From: Candidatus Omnitrophota bacterium
GTDB lineage: Bacteria > Omnitrophota > Gorgyraeia > 2-01-FULL-45-10
Direction: 5' to 3'
Length of the DNA stretch: 64,000 bases
Assembly: GCA_023818895.1 (NCBI GenBank)
Contig: JAMWCX010000001.1
Location: 75,539-139,538 of the forward strand
This document shows, piece after piece, positions 36,545-50,000 of this stretch. Both the position numbers and the translations under genes were made by a program. Numbering within the stretch: position 1 is the first letter of the stretch; each line of letters opens with the position of its first letter. The notes under the pieces were generated by a model. It was not told the origin of the DNA. It ran no database searches and saw only the letters and a list, made by a program, of their open reading frames with translations.

Positions 36545-39444
36545 TACATGTCCTTAAACGGTTTTTGCCAAGCAGATTTAAGTTTCTCTATGGTAGTATG
36601 TACTATATCTTTTCCGTCAAATCCCCGTATCCTGAATCTCTTATCTTTCGTTACCTGTCCCAGCTTCCATACAGGTATTGTTCCCATAGCCTTTTCGAAA
36701 GATTTGGCGTCAGATGTTTCGACTACAAAACGTGTATTCGACTCTGAAAAAAGCATCTCATATGGTCTCAAGGGGTACTGCCCTTTAGGCATCTGTCTCA
36801 TGTTTAATGCGATATCCATGCCGAGGCCGCCGGCAAATGCCATTTCCGACAGGCTTACGGCAAGGCCGCCTTCAGAGCAGTCATGGCAGGAAGATACCAG
36901 GCCTTTTCGCATCGCGCGAGTGAGTCTTATCATTAGCTTTTTGCCATAGGTCGGATCGACCTTTGGAACATTGTTTCCGGTAAAGCCTCGTATCTTATAA
37001 TATTGTGAACCGCCAAGCTCGTTACGGGTCAGTCCGACCAGATATACAAAGTTTCCGGCTCTCTTTGCGTCCATCGAAATAGATTTTGTTATATCATCAA
37101 TGACCGCTATAGCGGATATGAGAAGAGTCGGGGGAATTGATATAGTCTTTTTGCCGGTCGAATATTCATTATTCAGACTATCCTTGCCTGATATAAAAGG
37201 TACGCCATATGCCAACGCTATATCATAGCAGCCGTATGATGAACGGACCAGCTCGCCGAGTCGGTCAGGTTTATTGGTATTCCCCCAGCAGAAGTTATCG
37301 AGTATAGCGCATTTCGTTATATCGCCGCCGACTGAGACGATCTGCCTGAGCGCCTCATCTATGGCGCTGGCAGCCATCCAATACGGATCTATCTTTCCAT
37401 AATCGGGATTTATGCCACAACCCAGAATGATGCCTTTTTTTGAGCCCAGCACAGGTTGCGTGACGCAGGCATCGCCAGGCCCATGATTAGGCCCCTGCAG
37501 CGGCTTAAGGATGCTTCCGCCCTGGACCTCATGGTCATACTGGTGGATTATCCATTCCTTGCTTGCTATATTTGGGCTGGACATGAGCTTTAGCAGATCC
37601 TCTGTGAGGTCCCTGTTTTTTGGAGGAGGAGGTTCTTTAAAACGCGGCTTATTCCACACAGCCTTTCTCTTTATGATGGGGACTCCGTTATGGAGAAACT
37701 TCATGTCCATATCGCAGACGCAATTACCATTGTAAAAAAGCTTAAGTCGTTTTGTGCCCGTAAATTTTCCAATAACGGTGGCTTCTACATTCTCCGCTTC
37801 AAAGATCGCCTTTAGCTTATCGATATTCCTGGGGTCGACCGCCAATACCATGCGCTCCTGGGCCTCTGATATCCATATTTCCGTGTAGCTTAACCCTGTA
37901 TATTTTAGCGGCACTTTTTCGAGATGTATTTCGACCCCTAAGGTCTCTCCCATCTCCCCTACCGCGCTGGAAAGGCCGCCGGCGCCGCAGTCCGTTATCG
38001 CGGTGTAGAGGCCCAAGTCTCTTGCCTTAAGTATAGTGTCGACGAGTTTCTTTTCCTGGATGGGATTTCCTATCTGGACTGCGGAACCCGAAACGCTTTC
38101 AGATTCGTGGGTTAGCTCGCCAGATGAGAATGTTGCCCCATGGATGCCGTCGCGTCCCGTTCTGCCGCCGATCAGGACGACGAGGTCGCCTTTGCGTGCC
38201 GCCTTTTCGCATTTATCCTTGGGCATTATGCCGACATTACCGCAGAATACCAGCGGATTTCCAACAAAACGTTCATCGAACAGCACGGCTCCGTTGGATG
38301 TCGGTATGCCCATCCTGTTTCCGTAATCACGAACACCCGCTACGACACCCTTCATTATTCGCTTGGGGTGCAACGTCCCCTTCGGCAGCTTAGTGTAAGG
38401 GTAATCTGACGGCCCAAAGCAAAAAACATCGGTATTTATTATAGGCTTGGCGCCGAGACCTGTGCCGAGAGGATCGCGTATCACGCCGCCTATGCCTGTG
38501 CCAGCGCCGCCGTAAGGTTCCAGGGCTGACGGATGGTTGTGTGTCTCAACCTTGAAGCAGATATTGTGTTTTTCATCGAACCGGATTATTCCCGAGTTAT
38601 CCTTGAACACCGAAACGCACCAAGGCTTGTTTAGTTTATCGGTTACTTTCATCACGGTCTGTCTTAAAAGATTGTCTATAATTATTGTTTTGCGTTTCGG
38701 GCTTTTAGCTTTATGTTCTCCGAGCTCTCCTGTGTACTCTATGAGGCCGCGAAAGGTTTTGTGCTTGCAGTGCTCGGACCACGTCTGTGCCAGCGTTTCG
38801 AGTTCGCAGTCAGTGGGGTTTCTGCCTATCGCTTTGAAATGTCTTTTGATAGCCTTCATCTCATCAAGGCTTAGAAATAGCTGACCCTCCTTCGATATCT
38901 TATTAAGCTTCTCGTCGGAAGAGCTGAGGATGTCCACATGTCGAAGTTCGAATTTGTATGGGGGTGGCTCAGGCGCGATAGCGGCCGCGCCCTTTACAAT
39001 ATGTTGGATCACTTTGTTATAGAGCACCTTTTCAGCGATAGCATGTATTTCCGAGTAAGAGAGATCGCCTCTTATTAGGTATTTTCTGGCCGTCTTGAAG
39101 CTGCGAACGCCTTTTATGCCTAGATCGGCTATTGCCTTCTTCGCGCTTTCTTCGACAGGGTCCATAACGCCGGGATTGTACGCTACCTCGACGACTTTAT
39201 ATTTGCTTTCGTTCAGGATTTTTCCGCGGAAGCTATAATCCTGAGTTACCGGGTCTATCAGTAGGTTTTCGCATATGCTTGTGATGGCATCTACGCTGAT
39301 ATCCCCCTCTAGAAGATATACTTGAACGGTTTTGACCTCCTTGACCTTGCCCTGAAGCCCCAAATCGTGGATATCGTGTTTAACGCTGGCCCCAATAGCG
39401 TCGTAGAAACCCTTCTTTTCTGCTACTTCAACTCTCCAGATCAT
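36544..39444 (-). CDS. purL: Phosphoribosylformylglycinamidine synthase PurL with two N-terminally fused PurS-like repeats (PurS-PurS-PurL)
   Basis: 966 aa. The first ~170 aa contain two PurS-like units (WRVEVAEKKGFYDAIGASVKHDIHDLGLQG... and VVEVAYNPGVMDPVEESAKKAIADLGIKGV...). They are followed by the PurM-like FGAM synthetase domains. Confidence 0.85.
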   Translation of the reverse strand: MIWRVEVAEKKGFYDAIGASVKHDIHDLGLQGKVKEVKTVQVYLLEGDISVDAITSICENLLIDPVTQDYSFRGKILNESKYKVVEVAYNPGVMDPVEESAKKAIADLGIKGVRSFKTARKYLIRGDLSYSEIHAIAEKVLYNKVIQHIVKGAAAIAPEPPPYKFELRHVDILSSSDEKLNKISKEGQLFLSLDEMKAIKRHFKAIGRNPTDCELETLAQTWSEHCKHKTFRGLIEYTGELGEHKAKSPKRKTIIIDNLLRQTVMKVTDKLNKPWCVSVFKDNSGIIRFDEKHNICFKVETHNHPSALEPYGGAGTGIGGVIRDPLGTGLGAKPIINTDVFCFGPSDYPYTKLPKGTLHPKRIMKGVVAGVRDYGNRMGIPTSNGAVLFDERFVGNPLVFCGNVGIMPKDKCEKAARKGDLVVLIGGRTGRDGIHGATFSSGELTHESESVSGSAVQIGNPIQEKKLVDTILKARDLGLYTAITDCGAGGLSSAVGEMGETLGVEIHLEKVPLKYTGLSYTEIWISEAQERMVLAVDPRNIDKLKAIFEAENVEATVIGKFTGTKRLKLFYNGNCVCDMDMKFLHNGVPIIKRKAVWNKPRFKEPPPPKNRDLTEDLLKLMSSPNIASKEWIIHQYDHEVQGGSILKPLQGPNHGPGDACVTQPVLGSKKGIILGCGINPDYGKIDPYWMAASAIDEALRQIVSVGGDITKCAILDNFCWGNTNKPDRLGELVRSSYGCYDIALAYGVPFISGKDSLNNEYSTGKKTISIPPTLLISAIAVIDDITKSISMDAKRAGNFVYLVGLTRNELGGSQYYKIRGFTGNNVPKVDPTYGKKLMIRLTRAMRKGLVSSCHDCSEGGLAVSLSEMAFAGGLGMDIALNMRQMPKGQYPLRPYEMLFSESNTRFVVETSDAKSFEKAMGTIPVWKLGQVTKDKRFRIRGFDGKDIVHTTIEKLKSAWQKPFKDM

Positions 39445-40989
39445 CTATTCCCATTCTATTGTCGAAGGAGGTTTGGAACTTATGTCGTAAGCGACTCTGT
39501 TGACTCCTCGCACTTCGTTTATTATTCGGTTAGATATCTTCCCCAGCACGTTATATGGTATTTTCGCCCAGTCAGCGGTCATGCCATCTACAGATGTAAC
39601 AGCTCGTATCGCTACCACGTTTTCATAGGTACGCTCGTCCCCCATCACCCCCACCGATTTTATGGGAAGCAAGACGGCGAAGGCCTGCCAGATTTTGTCG
39701 TAGAGCCTCTCCTTCTTTAATATCGATATAAAGCGATCGTCCACTTCGCGCAGGATATCGCAGCGCTGTCTGGTAACATCTCCTATTATGCGGACCGCCA
39801 GGCCGGGTCCTGGGAAAGGGTGGCGACCGAGAATTTCTTTGGGTATCTGGAGCTCCCTGCCGACACATCTTACCTCATCCTTGAAAAGATACTTAAGCGG
39901 CTCTATCAGCTTGAGATTCATTCTCTTTGGAAGCCCACCGACGTTATGATGCGTTTTTATAGTAGCGCTGGGCCCACCAAAAGCCGAACGAGACTCGATG
40001 AGATCCGGATAAAGAGTGCCTTGTGCGAGAAATCGGACATTACCGAGTTTTTTGGCTTCTTGCTCGAACACCTTTATAAAGGTCCGGCCTATCACCTTGC
40101 GTTTCTTCTCGGGGTCGGTGATGCCCTTCAGGGCTTTTAGGAATTTGTCAGAAGCATCTACGCAATGCAGGTTTATTTTGAAGTGTTTCTGGAATATCTC
40201 CCGCACGAGCCGCGCCTCGTTTTTCCGCAAAAGCCCGTTATCGACGAATATGCAAGCGAGCCTGCGACCGATCGCTTTGTGAATAAGCACCGCTGCTACG
40301 GATGAATCGACGCCTCCGGAAAGACCGAGTATCACCTTGTCGCTTCGCCCCACTCTTTTTCTTATGTCGCGCACAGTCTCTTGGATGAAGGATCGCATTG
40401 ACCAGTCTCCCCTGCAACGGCAGATTTCTTTTACGAAATTTCTTAGTATAATCTTTCCGCAGATTGTATGGGCCACTTCGGGGTGGAATTGCACGCCGTA
40501 TAATTTACGGTTGAAATCGGCGAATGCTGCTATAGGTGTATTGCCCGAACGTCCTATGCGCACAAAGCCTTTTGGCATTCGTTTTACTTTGTCGCCGTGG
40601 CTCATCCATGAGATGGTCGTCTTGGGGACATCCTTGAAAAGAAGCCCGCGGTTTGTGACTGTAAAAGGTGCCCTGCCATATTCACGGTGACGGGCCTTTT
40701 CTACCTTTCCGCCAAGCATTTTAGCCATAAGCTGCATGCCATAGCATATCCCCAGCACCGGTATACCCATTGATAGTATCCTTGCATCGCAGTGCGGCGC
40801 CTTCGGGGCGTAGACGCTGGCCGGCCCGCCTGAAAATATGATACCCTTTATTTCAGACGGTTTTATTGTATCCGCGGAAATGTTCGGCGGTACTATCTCG
40901 CAAAACACATTAAGTTCCCTTATCTTACGGGCTATAAGCTGGTTATATTGTGAGCCGAAATCTATTATGAGTATCTTCTCTCTCGACAT
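39445..40989 (-). CDS. guaA: GMP synthase (glutamine-hydrolysing). The start is taken at [12 protein letters not shown].
   Basis: An N-terminal GATase domain, an ATP-pyrophosphatase SGGVDSSV motif, and the C-terminus ...PPSTIEWE. Confidence 0.9.
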   Translation of the reverse strand: MSREKILIIDFGSQYNQLIARKIRELNVFCEIVPPNISADTIKPSEIKGIIFSGGPASVYAPKAPHCDARILSMGIPVLGICYGMQLMAKMLGGKVEKARHREYGRAPFTVTNRGLLFKDVPKTTISWMSHGDKVKRMPKGFVRIGRSGNTPIAAFADFNRKLYGVQFHPEVAHTICGKIILRNFVKEICRCRGDWSMRSFIQETVRDIRKRVGRSDKVILGLSGGVDSSVAAVLIHKAIGRRLACIFVDNGLLRKNEARLVREIFQKHFKINLHCVDASDKFLKALKGITDPEKKRKVIGRTFIKVFEQEAKKLGNVRFLAQGTLYPDLIESRSAFGGPSATIKTHHNVGGLPKRMNLKLIEPLKYLFKDEVRCVGRELQIPKEILGRHPFPGPGLAVRIIGDVTRQRCDILREVDDRFISILKKERLYDKIWQAFAVLLPIKSVGVMGDERTYENVVAIRAVTSVDGMTADWAKIPYNVLGKISNRIINEVRGVNRVAYDISSKPPSTIEWE

Positions 40990-40990
40990 A

Positions 40991-42397
40991 TCATGCCTTT
41001 TTAGCGGCTGGTATACGATTTTTCTCAAGAGACTTTTTTGACGGAGGCTTGTTTATCCTAGTGGGGTAATTGCCTGTGAAGCAAGCGGTGCAGAATTCAT
41101 CTCGAGACAGCAACATCGAGTTGAGCATTCCGTCTAGACTCAGGTAAGCCAGGCTATCGACGCCTATGAATTTTCGTATATCTTCTATTGTGTGATTTGC
41201 CGCGATTAGTTCCTTGCGCGTCGGAAAATCTATGCCGTAAAAACAAGGCCACATAAGCGGCGGACAGCTTACGCGCATGTGGATCTCCGCAGCGCCCGCT
41301 GCTCTCAGAGCTCTTACTCTGCCCCTTGACGTAGTTCCTCTTACGATAGAATCCTCAACTATCACTATGCGCTTTCCTTTCAGGACATCCCGAACAGGGT
41401 TTAATTTTACTTTTACCTTAAAATCTCTTATTAGCTGGCTCGGTTGTATGAATGTCCTTCCGATGTAGTGGTTTCTGACGAATGCCATTTCAAGAGGTAG
41501 TTTAGATTCTTCAGCATATCCCATCGCGGCGTAGGTGCCCGAATCAGGTATCGGCATGACAAAATCCGCCTGCGCTGGGTGTTCCTTTGCGAGTGTTCTG
41601 CCGAGGTTCTTGCGCGTCAAATATACGCTTTGGGTGTAGATATTAGAATCGGGGCGCGAGAAATATATATACTCGAATATGCAGAAGGCATGTTTTCTAT
41701 TTTGGGGCTGTTTCATAGAGCGTAGGCCCTGCCTGTCGATTATCACGACCTCGCCGGGCTCGATATCGCGTATGTACGTAGCCTGTATCATATCTAGGGC
41801 GCATGTTTCGCTGGCGACGATATATCCGCCGTCAATCTTCCCTATACATAAGGGGCGGAAGCCGTACGGGTCACGCAGGGCGTATATGGCGTCATTTATC
41901 ATCAGAACGAATGAATACGCTCCTTCAAGCCGGCTTGCTATGGAAAGTATCTTTCCAGAGTAGTTGTTCTGGTGATCCTTGACCAGATAGTGAAGGATGA
42001 GTTCTGAGTCCATTGTTGTCTGTAGGATCGAGCCGGCATCCTCGAGCTCATTTCTGAGGTCCACAGAGTTTGTGAGGTTGCCATTATGGGCGACTGCTAT
42101 AAAGCCCTTCTTGTGGTTTATCAGGAGTGGCTGGACATTTTTGGCGATGCTCGAGCCCGTGGTTGAATACCGCACATGGCCTATGGCCGTATGGCCTTTG
42201 AGTTTCTTGAGGTTGGTCTCGGTAAAGACTTCACCTACATGGCCCATTCCCTTTTGCTGGCTTACCTTTTTACCGTCGAAACTTACAATGCCGGCTGATT
42301 CTTCTCCGCGGTGCTGGAGGGCATACAACGCCAGATAAGTAAGCTGAGCCGCGTTTTTGTTGCCATAGATACCTACTACTCCGCAGTAATCTCTCAT
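40991..42397 (-). CDS. purF: Amidophosphoribosyltransferase
   Basis: A Ntn-GATase N-terminus ([12 protein letters not shown], the Cys nucleophile after a short propeptide) and a PRTase domain. Confidence 0.9.
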   Translation of the reverse strand: MRDYCGVVGIYGNKNAAQLTYLALYALQHRGEESAGIVSFDGKKVSQQKGMGHVGEVFTETNLKKLKGHTAIGHVRYSTTGSSIAKNVQPLLINHKKGFIAVAHNGNLTNSVDLRNELEDAGSILQTTMDSELILHYLVKDHQNNYSGKILSIASRLEGAYSFVLMINDAIYALRDPYGFRPLCIGKIDGGYIVASETCALDMIQATYIRDIEPGEVVIIDRQGLRSMKQPQNRKHAFCIFEYIYFSRPDSNIYTQSVYLTRKNLGRTLAKEHPAQADFVMPIPDSGTYAAMGYAEESKLPLEMAFVRNHYIGRTFIQPSQLIRDFKVKVKLNPVRDVLKGKRIVIVEDSIVRGTTSRGRVRALRAAGAAEIHMRVSCPPLMWPCFYGIDFPTRKELIAANHTIEDIRKFIGVDSLAYLSLDGMLNSMLLSRDEFCTACFTGNYPTRINKPPSKKSLEKNRIPAAKKA

Positions 42398-42403
42398 GAC
42401 CTT

Positions 42404-45400
42404 CTACTTTTTTAACTTATGGTACTCTTGCAGACTCTTTACCGATGTCTTCGGTTTCTTGATAAGGTTTTCTATGCCGTTTACAGAGGCCTGAGCGCCG
42501 GACAGAGTGGTGATAAGGGGGACGTTGTAGAGTATGGCGTGAGAGCGTATCTTAATCTCGTCCTCCTTTGTCGTTTTCCCAGCCGGTGTGTTTATTATAA
42601 GGTTTACCTTGTTGTCCTTGATCAGGTCTAGTATATTGGGTCTACCCTCGTGTAGTTTTGGCAGGACCTGTACGTCTATATCGTTGGATTTAAGCGCGTC
42701 TGCTGTGCCGGAAGTGGCCATTATTTTGAATCCCAGGTCGGCTAGCTTCTTGGCCACGAAAACTATGTTGCGTTTGTCCTGGTTCTTGACGCTTATGAAG
42801 ACGTTGCCCTTTGTCGGAAGTTTCTGCCCGGCCGCTATCTGGCTTTTAGCGTATGCCATGCCGAAGGTCGAATCTATCCCCATGACCTCGCCGGTTGATT
42901 TCATCTCGGGACCGAGGATTGCGTCTACTCCCGGAAACCGAATAAACGGGAATACCGATTCTTTTACGGTGACGTAAGAAGGAACCTTTTCCTTTGTGAA
43001 GCCAAGTTCTTTCAATGTCTTGCCAAGCATTATTTTAGTTGCGAGCTTGGCGAGCGGCACACCTATTGTTTTGGAGACGAACGGCACTGTCCTCGAAGCC
43101 CGGGGGTTGACCTCCAGTACATAGACGACGTTGTTTTTGACGGCGTACTGGACGTTCATGAGCCCCTTTACCTTGAGTTCCATTGCCATCGCATAGGTGT
43201 TTTTCTTGATCGTTTCGATGATGTCCTTGCCCAGAGTATGCGGGGGAAGGACCATGGCGCTATCGCCGGAGTGTATGCCAGCTTCTTCTATATGTTCAAG
43301 TATGCCTCCTATGACGCACGTTTGGCCGTCCGCGATAGCGTCGACATCCACTTCTATGGCGTCCTCCAGGAACTTATCGATAAGTATCGGTCTTTCCGGA
43401 GACGCTTCCACCGCCTTCTCCATATAATCGGCCAGGCTCTTTTCGTCATAGACTATCTCCATCGCTCTTCCGCCTAAGACAAACGAAGGCCGTACTACTA
43501 CAGGATAGCCTATCTTCTTTGCCACTTCCTTTGCCTCCTCGAACGATGTGGCAGTGCCGTTATCGGGCTGGACGAGCTTAAGCTTCTTGAGCATTTGCTG
43601 GAAGAGTTTCCTGTCCTCGGCTATATCGATCGACTCAGGGCTTGTACCGAGGATATTGAGTCCCAGCTTATGTAGGGTGCCAGATATATTAAGAGGGGTC
43701 TGGCCGCCGAATTGTACGATAGCGCCGATAGGTTTTTCGATATCGACTATGTTCATCACATCCTCTACGGTGAGCGGCTCGAAATATAGCTTATCGGAGG
43801 TGTCGTAATCGGTAGAGACAGTCTCGGGGTTGCAGTTTACCATTATCGATTCGTATCCTTCTTCACGGAGCGCGTAAGAGGCGTGACAGCAGCAGTAGTC
43901 AAACTCTATACCCTGCCCTATCCTGTTGGGACCTCCGCCGAGTATCATCACTTTCTTCTTGTTCGAGGATGGTTCGCTCTCGCACTTGGTTTCGTAGGTG
44001 GAGTAATAGTAAGGCCGTTCGGCCTTGAATTCGCCGCCGCAGGTATCCACCAACTTGTAGGCGGCCTTGATGTTCTTATTTTTTCTTTCTTCTCTCACAT
44101 CATTCTCCGTTGAGGTAACAAGGAAGGCGATCTGGGCGTCCGAAAATCCATATCTTTTTGCTTTTAAAAGCAGATTTTGCGGAATCCTGATACCGTCCTT
44201 CTGGTTTTCGTTCCTGTATTTTTTAAGCTCTTCCTCGGTTTCCACTATATTCCGTATATTGTCGATGAACCACCTATCGATCTTGCAAAGCTCATATATC
44301 TCTTCATTGGTCATACCGAGCTTTATCGCATACCGTATGTAGAAGAGGCGCTCATCGTTTGGAACGCGTATCTTCTCCTTTATCTCGTTTATAAGGTCAG
44401 CTGATGGATTTTTTAGCATGGAGTCGGTTATCTTATCGCGGCCGTCTGAACCGAGGCCGAAGCGCCTGGTCTCCGTTGAGCGTATACCCTTCTGAAGGGC
44501 TTCCATGAAGTTTCTGCCGATAGACATCGCCTCTCCCACCGCCTTCATAGAGGTATTAAGAACGCGTGGGGTGCCCGGAAACTTCTCAAAGGCGAAGCGG
44601 CATATCTTGAATACGCAGTAATCTACCGTTGGCTCGAAAAATGCCGTTGTCCTGCCGGTCACCTGGTTCAGTACCTCAGGCAATGTTAGGCCCACGGCAA
44701 GCTTCGTGGCAACACGGGCTATCGGGAAGCCGGTTGCCTTTGAAGCGAGGGCAGAACTTCTGGAGAGGCGTGGGTTAACCTCGATTATGACTATGTGGCC
44801 ATTGGCGGGGTTCTGGGCGAACTGGATATTGGCCCCTCCTCCGGTAACGCCGATCTTGCGTATTATCTTTTTTGATAGGTTGACGAATCTTGCGTATTCT
44901 TCAGCTGTCAGCGTCTGGGAGGGGGCGACTACTATTGAGTCGCCGGTATGTATGCCCATTGGATCCACGTTTTCCATAGAGGTTATCATGATTACGTTGT
45001 CAACGCAGTCCCTCATCACCTCGAACTCTATCTCCTTCCAGCCGAGCACGGACTGCTCGACCAATATCTGGTGAACCGGGCTTATTTCGAGGCCTTTCGC
45101 CAGGAATGCCTCGAGCTCCTCCTTATTATAAGCTATGGAACCGCCGGAACCGCCGAGAGTGTAGGCGGGTCGCAGAATCAGCGGAAAACCTATAGAAAGG
45201 CCTATCTTCATTCCTTCTTCGACCGAACGCGCTATTCCGCTCTTCGGGACGTCTATACCTATCTCGAGCATTGCCTTCTTGAAAAGCTCCCTGTCTTCGG
45301 CACGGGAAATTGCCTGGACGTTAGCGCCAATTGATTCGACGCCGTATTTTTTAAGGATACCCTCTTTCATGAGGAAATACGCCAGGTTTAATCCCGTTTG

Positions 45401-45676
45401 ACCGCCGAGAGTAGGTAGTATCGCGTCCGGTCTCTCTTTTTTTATTATCTCGGTGACAGCTTCAACGGTGAGCGGCTCTATGTAGGTTGCGTCCGCCATA
45501 TTAGGATCTGTCATAATGGTTGCGGGGTTTGAGTTTACCAGTATCGTGAAGTAGCCCTCTTCCTTCAGCGCCTTGCAGGCTTGCGAGCCGGAATAATCGA
45601 ATTCGCATGCCTGGCCTATTATTATCGGCCCCGATCCTATCATCAATATCCTGTGTATGTCCTTACGCTTTGGCAT
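42404..45676 (-). CDS. carB: Carbamoyl-phosphate synthase large subunit
   Basis: 1090 aa with duplicated ATP-grasp halves ([24 protein letters not shown]... and [24 protein letters not shown]...) and a C-terminal MGS-like domain. Confidence 0.9.
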   Translation of the reverse strand: MPKRKDIHRILMIGSGPIIIGQACEFDYSGSQACKALKEEGYFTILVNSNPATIMTDPNMADATYIEPLTVEAVTEIIKKERPDAILPTLGGQTGLNLAYFLMKEGILKKYGVESIGANVQAISRAEDRELFKKAMLEIGIDVPKSGIARSVEEGMKIGLSIGFPLILRPAYTLGGSGGSIAYNKEELEAFLAKGLEISPVHQILVEQSVLGWKEIEFEVMRDCVDNVIMITSMENVDPMGIHTGDSIVVAPSQTLTAEEYARFVNLSKKIIRKIGVTGGGANIQFAQNPANGHIVIIEVNPRLSRSSALASKATGFPIARVATKLAVGLTLPEVLNQVTGRTTAFFEPTVDYCVFKICRFAFEKFPGTPRVLNTSMKAVGEAMSIGRNFMEALQKGIRSTETRRFGLGSDGRDKITDSMLKNPSADLINEIKEKIRVPNDERLFYIRYAIKLGMTNEEIYELCKIDRWFIDNIRNIVETEEELKKYRNENQKDGIRIPQNLLLKAKRYGFSDAQIAFLVTSTENDVREERKNKNIKAAYKLVDTCGGEFKAERPYYYSTYETKCESEPSSNKKKVMILGGGPNRIGQGIEFDYCCCHASYALREEGYESIMVNCNPETVSTDYDTSDKLYFEPLTVEDVMNIVDIEKPIGAIVQFGGQTPLNISGTLHKLGLNILGTSPESIDIAEDRKLFQQMLKKLKLVQPDNGTATSFEEAKEVAKKIGYPVVVRPSFVLGGRAMEIVYDEKSLADYMEKAVEASPERPILIDKFLEDAIEVDVDAIADGQTCVIGGILEHIEEAGIHSGDSAMVLPPHTLGKDIIETIKKNTYAMAMELKVKGLMNVQYAVKNNVVYVLEVNPRASRTVPFVSKTIGVPLAKLATKIMLGKTLKELGFTKEKVPSYVTVKESVFPFIRFPGVDAILGPEMKSTGEVMGIDSTFGMAYAKSQIAAGQKLPTKGNVFISVKNQDKRNIVFVAKKLADLGFKIMATSGTADALKSNDIDVQVLPKLHEGRPNILDLIKDNKVNLIINTPAGKTTKEDEIKIRSHAILYNVPLITTLSGAQASVNGIENLIKKPKTSVKSLQEYHKLKK

Positions 45677-46817
45677 ATGCCACCTCGCGATATGATTTGG
45701 AATTTTTCTTGATTTTTAGAATGCCACCCCCCTTTTTAGCCATGGAGAGAAATCGCGGAAAGACCTCATTTATCTCTTCAAAGCCAGGGCTTGCGGGGTT
45801 ATATTGAACCGACATGAACTTCAAAGTTTTTGATTCCATCGCTTCGATGGTATCGTCGTTAACGTTGCGCAGAGTTATCGCCACGCTCTTGTTATTTTTG
45901 AGAGAGTTTTCATCAATGACATAAGAATGATTCTGCGCCGTTATTTCGCCCTTGAAAGAAGCGGCCGGCCGCACCGGATAATTTACGCCATGGTGGCCTA
46001 TCTTGAGTTTTCTGAGCTTGCAACCCATGGCCATGCCGATTACCTGATGGCCTGTCGCGATGCCTAACATCGGTATTTTGCCAAGAACCGTTTTAACGGT
46101 ATCCGCTACTTTCGGAAGGCTTATGTCGTTTTCGGGACCGTTCGAGATTATCAGACCATCAACTCGCATGCTCAGGATATCGGAGGCGCTTGTATCATAA
46201 GGAAGCAATGTTACATTACAATTCAAAATTTTGAGTTGATGTATAAAACTATTGAGCATTCCCAGATCCAGGACCGCTATGGTTGGCCCAGATGATCCTG
46301 TCTTAAGAGGCGTCGGATGCTTTACGGATATGGCTTTGATAAAGTCTTTGCCGTTTGTCTTCTGTTGGCTCAATTTCTTCAGCAAGGATTCTTTCTTGAG
46401 GTCCGTTGTGGATATGGCGCCGAACATCTCGCCTTTATCGCGTATAGTAATAGCGAGCGTCCTGGTGTCGACCTCGCTTATAGCCGTAACTTTTTCTTCT
46501 TTGATAAAATCGCATAACGAGCCCTCTGCTTGCCAGTTTGAATATATTCTGGACTCTTCTTTTATGACAAGGCCCGCTATCCAACATCTCCTCGATTCAT
46601 TGAATTTTTTGGCAATACCATAATTGCCTATCAACGGATAAGTAAGGACTAGGATCTTACCCGCATTGCTTGGGTCAGTCATAATCTCCTGGTATCTCAC
46701 CACAGCGGTATTAAGCACAACCTCGCCGAACCTCTCTCCTGGCTCGCCGATAGATATACCTTCGAACGAGCTACCGTCTTCAAGCACTATCATTGATTTC
46801 ATATTTTCTCCCGTCAA
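45663..46817 (-). CDS. carA: Carbamoyl-phosphate synthase small subunit. An ATG at 46801 ([10 protein letters not shown]) is the more likely start.
   Basis: A CPSase small-chain N-domain followed by a class I GATase. It overlaps the carB start by 14 nt. Confidence 0.85.
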   Translation of the reverse strand: MTGENMKSMIVLEDGSSFEGISIGEPGERFGEVVLNTAVVRYQEIMTDPSNAGKILVLTYPLIGNYGIAKKFNESRRCWIAGLVIKEESRIYSNWQAEGSLCDFIKEEKVTAISEVDTRTLAITIRDKGEMFGAISTTDLKKESLLKKLSQQKTNGKDFIKAISVKHPTPLKTGSSGPTIAVLDLGMLNSFIHQLKILNCNVTLLPYDTSASDILSMRVDGLIISNGPENDISLPKVADTVKTVLGKIPMLGIATGHQVIGMAMGCKLRKLKIGHHGVNYPVRPAASFKGEITAQNHSYVIDENSLKNNKSVAITLRNVNDDTIEAMESKTLKFMSVQYNPASPGFEEINEVFPRFLSMAKKGGGILKIKKNSKSYREVAYAKA

Positions 46818-46828
46818 TCTTATTTATA

Positions 46829-46868
46829 AAACAAAAGGCCAGCAGGGACGACAATCCCTCTGGCCTTA
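46829..46868 (-). terminator. Rho-independent terminator for the giant gene (minus-strand read: GGCCAGAGGGA-TTGTCG-TCCCTGCTGGCC followed by TTTTGTTTT)
   Basis: A GC-rich hairpin with a U-tract on the minus strand, about 220 nt downstream of the giant ORF stop and about 15 nt upstream of carA. Confidence 0.55.
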
Positions 46869-47085
46869 AAAAAGGAGCCATTGTGGGTATTACTTGCTAT
46901 GTACCAGCTCCCTCCTGCCGACGACATCTATATTTATATCCGACATAATATTAATTTTGTAACCTCCACATTCCTCTCGGATGTGCGATTTCTTCATTGC
47001 GCAAATTCTAACACAGCTGGCTGCCGGTGTCAATAGTAATATCCCGCCAAATTTCTGCGTCTTGGGGAAATCGCGGCATATCTTA

Positions 47086-50000
47086 TTATGCGAATTCCTG
47101 TACCTTGTAGAGCCGCCTGAGGTTCTCGTAGACGGGGATCCTCTCTGCCTTGGGCAGGAAGATGAAGACGTTGCGGCAGTCCTTTAGGGCCTCGGCCCTC
47201 ACAGCTGGGTTGTCGAGAGCGTCTTCTGCAGCCAAAACGTCTTTTAGGCCTAGCTTCAATGCCATCGCGAGCATTTCCGTGAGGTACATATAGCAGCTCT
47301 CGTCCAGCCCGCTTGCGTCGACGCCGGCGAGAAATGCCTTTTCGTCATTGCGCAAGTATTCAAATTCCCGCGAGATGACGGTGTCGCGAGATGCGAGAAC
47401 GACTACCCGCGCCGCAGGGGTAATCTCTCTTGCCTTTGCTATTTCTGATAGTAGATCTTTGTCTTCGCGGTCAATGAATGTTATGCCGCGGTCATTACAG
47501 AAATTGCGGATCATGATTATGTGCTGATTAAGGTCGGCATATTGTGGTCCGTTTCCACGCATATAGCCTTTTATCCAGCTTGTGCCGAGAGCTAGTATTA
47601 CAGGCTCTTTCTGGTTCGCGGCGCGGATGAGCTTGACGATATCGGAGAACTTTACCGCTTCTATACGCGCAAGTTCCGCTCTCGGCTGTTCGTCTGGGCT
47701 GTAGCCTGACGTATCACTGGGTTGTAAAAAAGATCCTGTCTTGTTCTCATCTTCTGTCAGGATAGTTTTCGAATCACTAATTTTTGCGTTTACTTCAGAG
47801 GCCGCTTGCAGGTGCCAGAGCTTGGTTTTTCTTCCGTCGATTTCGGCATTAACCTTAACCCATATACCCCGGAACGGGTAAAGATAATTCTGCTTAAGAT
47901 TGCTGTTGGGAATTGGTGTTCGGAGCTTACCCGTATATCTATCTTCCAACTCCTCAACGGTAGATGCGTAAAAATATTCGAAACCCGCTTTTTGGGCCAA
48001 TCTGACAATATGCATTATAGCCCCTCTATTCCACTCGTAAAATCTTTGGCGTATTTCAAGAGGTTGGATGTTGCGGAATCCCAGGCTTGGCTGGACGTCA
48101 TATATGAGTAGGGCGGGTTTTTTGTTGTGTTCAGTTATCCGCAGGCGTATTACGCCGAAAAGGCCGCTGGAAGGCACATAGTCGTCAGATGCCATCATGT
48201 CGAGCGTGGCAAGTTCGGGATAGGCCTTTTTGGTATCTTCCGTAGGTTCGATCGCGAATTCCTGCGGGATTTCATCGTATTCGATATACGCGCCAACCTT
48301 TTGCCCTTTGACAGTCCATGTGAAGTAAGGATCCTTTTCCAGTAGTTCCAGTAGTCTGGCGAACTCCGCTGATTTCCGCAGAGAATTACCCGTCTTAGGC
48401 AATAGTAAATGTTGTGTGCCGGCATCGTAGTGGGGCGGCGCGAAAGAGCGAAATAAATTCTCAAGAGACTCATCATCGATGGATGTCAGTTTCTTGTTGA
48501 CAAGGCCGAAGAGCACCTGGGGCATTGTAACAATCTTTGAAAAATGCCTCTCCAAGGCATATAGCGCTCCGCCGAGACATCCTGAGTCCGGTTCGGGAGA
48601 TTTTAATATTTCACCGTTCGCAAGATAGCGCACCTCTTCTCCGCCGAAAGGCGCCAGCGACGTAACGCCGAGTTTTTTCATAGTGGCTATGACAGGTTGC
48701 CAGCGCCTCTGGTCATATATACTGTCTGGCAGCGCTGCCTCCGTTGCCGGAATACCCCACCGCGGAACACTTGGTATATCGACGATTATAGCGCTCGTCG
48801 ATATATTCTTTAAAACATTGTAATTGCCGCCCAGTATGAATACCACGCCTTTTTCGGCCGATATGGTTTTTCTTAAGTTTGACAGGTATATTTCCGCCTC
48901 TTTCTGATTTGCCATAACGATATCGTTTTTTTCACTGGCAGTAAAAATCTGCCCCGGATGCACCAAAAATGAAACCCGTCCACCTTGCTGCTTAATGGCC
49001 TTGCGTATAGCATCGGCGTGTTTGTCGATGTCCGCCCATTGGATAATGCGAGCCTCGGCCATCTGATACTTACTTACGATCTGATCGGCGCGCGCAAGAT
49101 AGCCGGTTGACCGTAGGTAATCCAGGCCGCGACTATGGTCCGACTCGGGTATCCTGTCGGTCCATTCATAGTCTTCCTCTTCACCATCATAGGGAACAAG
49201 ATCGATCTCTCCCCATTTGACTGTGTGGACCAGATAATGGAATGGGATATTTTCGTTTTTTCTGTACATACCAACAAGATATGCCTCATATCCAAGCTTA
49301 TTTAATATATATGTGAGCATGGCTGAGTTGGCTAGACATGATTTCAAATCCATCGACTTGACTGCGTTTTTGATCTCGTTTATGATGTCATTGCTGTTGT
49401 CTGTGTTAAGTCCATCTCTGGAACCTGAAGACGTATTTGATATTTCAGATACATATGTGGTCAGAGATAGGGTGGATATATTATCATCCCTATCCCTTGC
49501 TCCATCTTTTATAGCGCTGCTTATCTTCCCGCGGATTCTCACCTCATTGGAATCTTTGAGGATGGGCTCTAATTCGGAGATATCCTTTATGGCTATCCAA
49601 TTTTGGTGTTTATCATCGCCGGCTTTTTCATAGCTTATTTCTACGGATTCGAATATGCCGGCCCTGGCGCATCTAAGGAAAAATGCGGCATGTGTCTCAT
49701 CAGGTATGCCATAATATTCGATAAATCTATTTGGGCCGGCCTGCGATGCAAGCCATCTTACTACCTCGACACCCAATCCCCGCCGCGTATCTTTCTTGTC
49801 AAATATGCGCAGGTTCTTAAATAGCGTTGTCTCGCCATTCACGTAAAACGCGTATAATGTGCCAACAAGCTTTTCGTTCTCTTCGAGAAAATACCACGAT
49901 CTGTCAAAAGCTCGCAGCCTCAACCTCTTCTCCTCGGATATCTCTACATCTTCTTCTGGAAGCGTTGTCAGGGGAGCGCGATCAGTCTCTTCTGTCCATA

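Noticed and set aside
46981-47187. 68-aa + strand ORF overlapping the giant gene's 3' end
   Set aside because: It is antisense to the last 34 codons of the giant ORF and runs into its 3' UTR. It has no ribosome-binding site or motifs.
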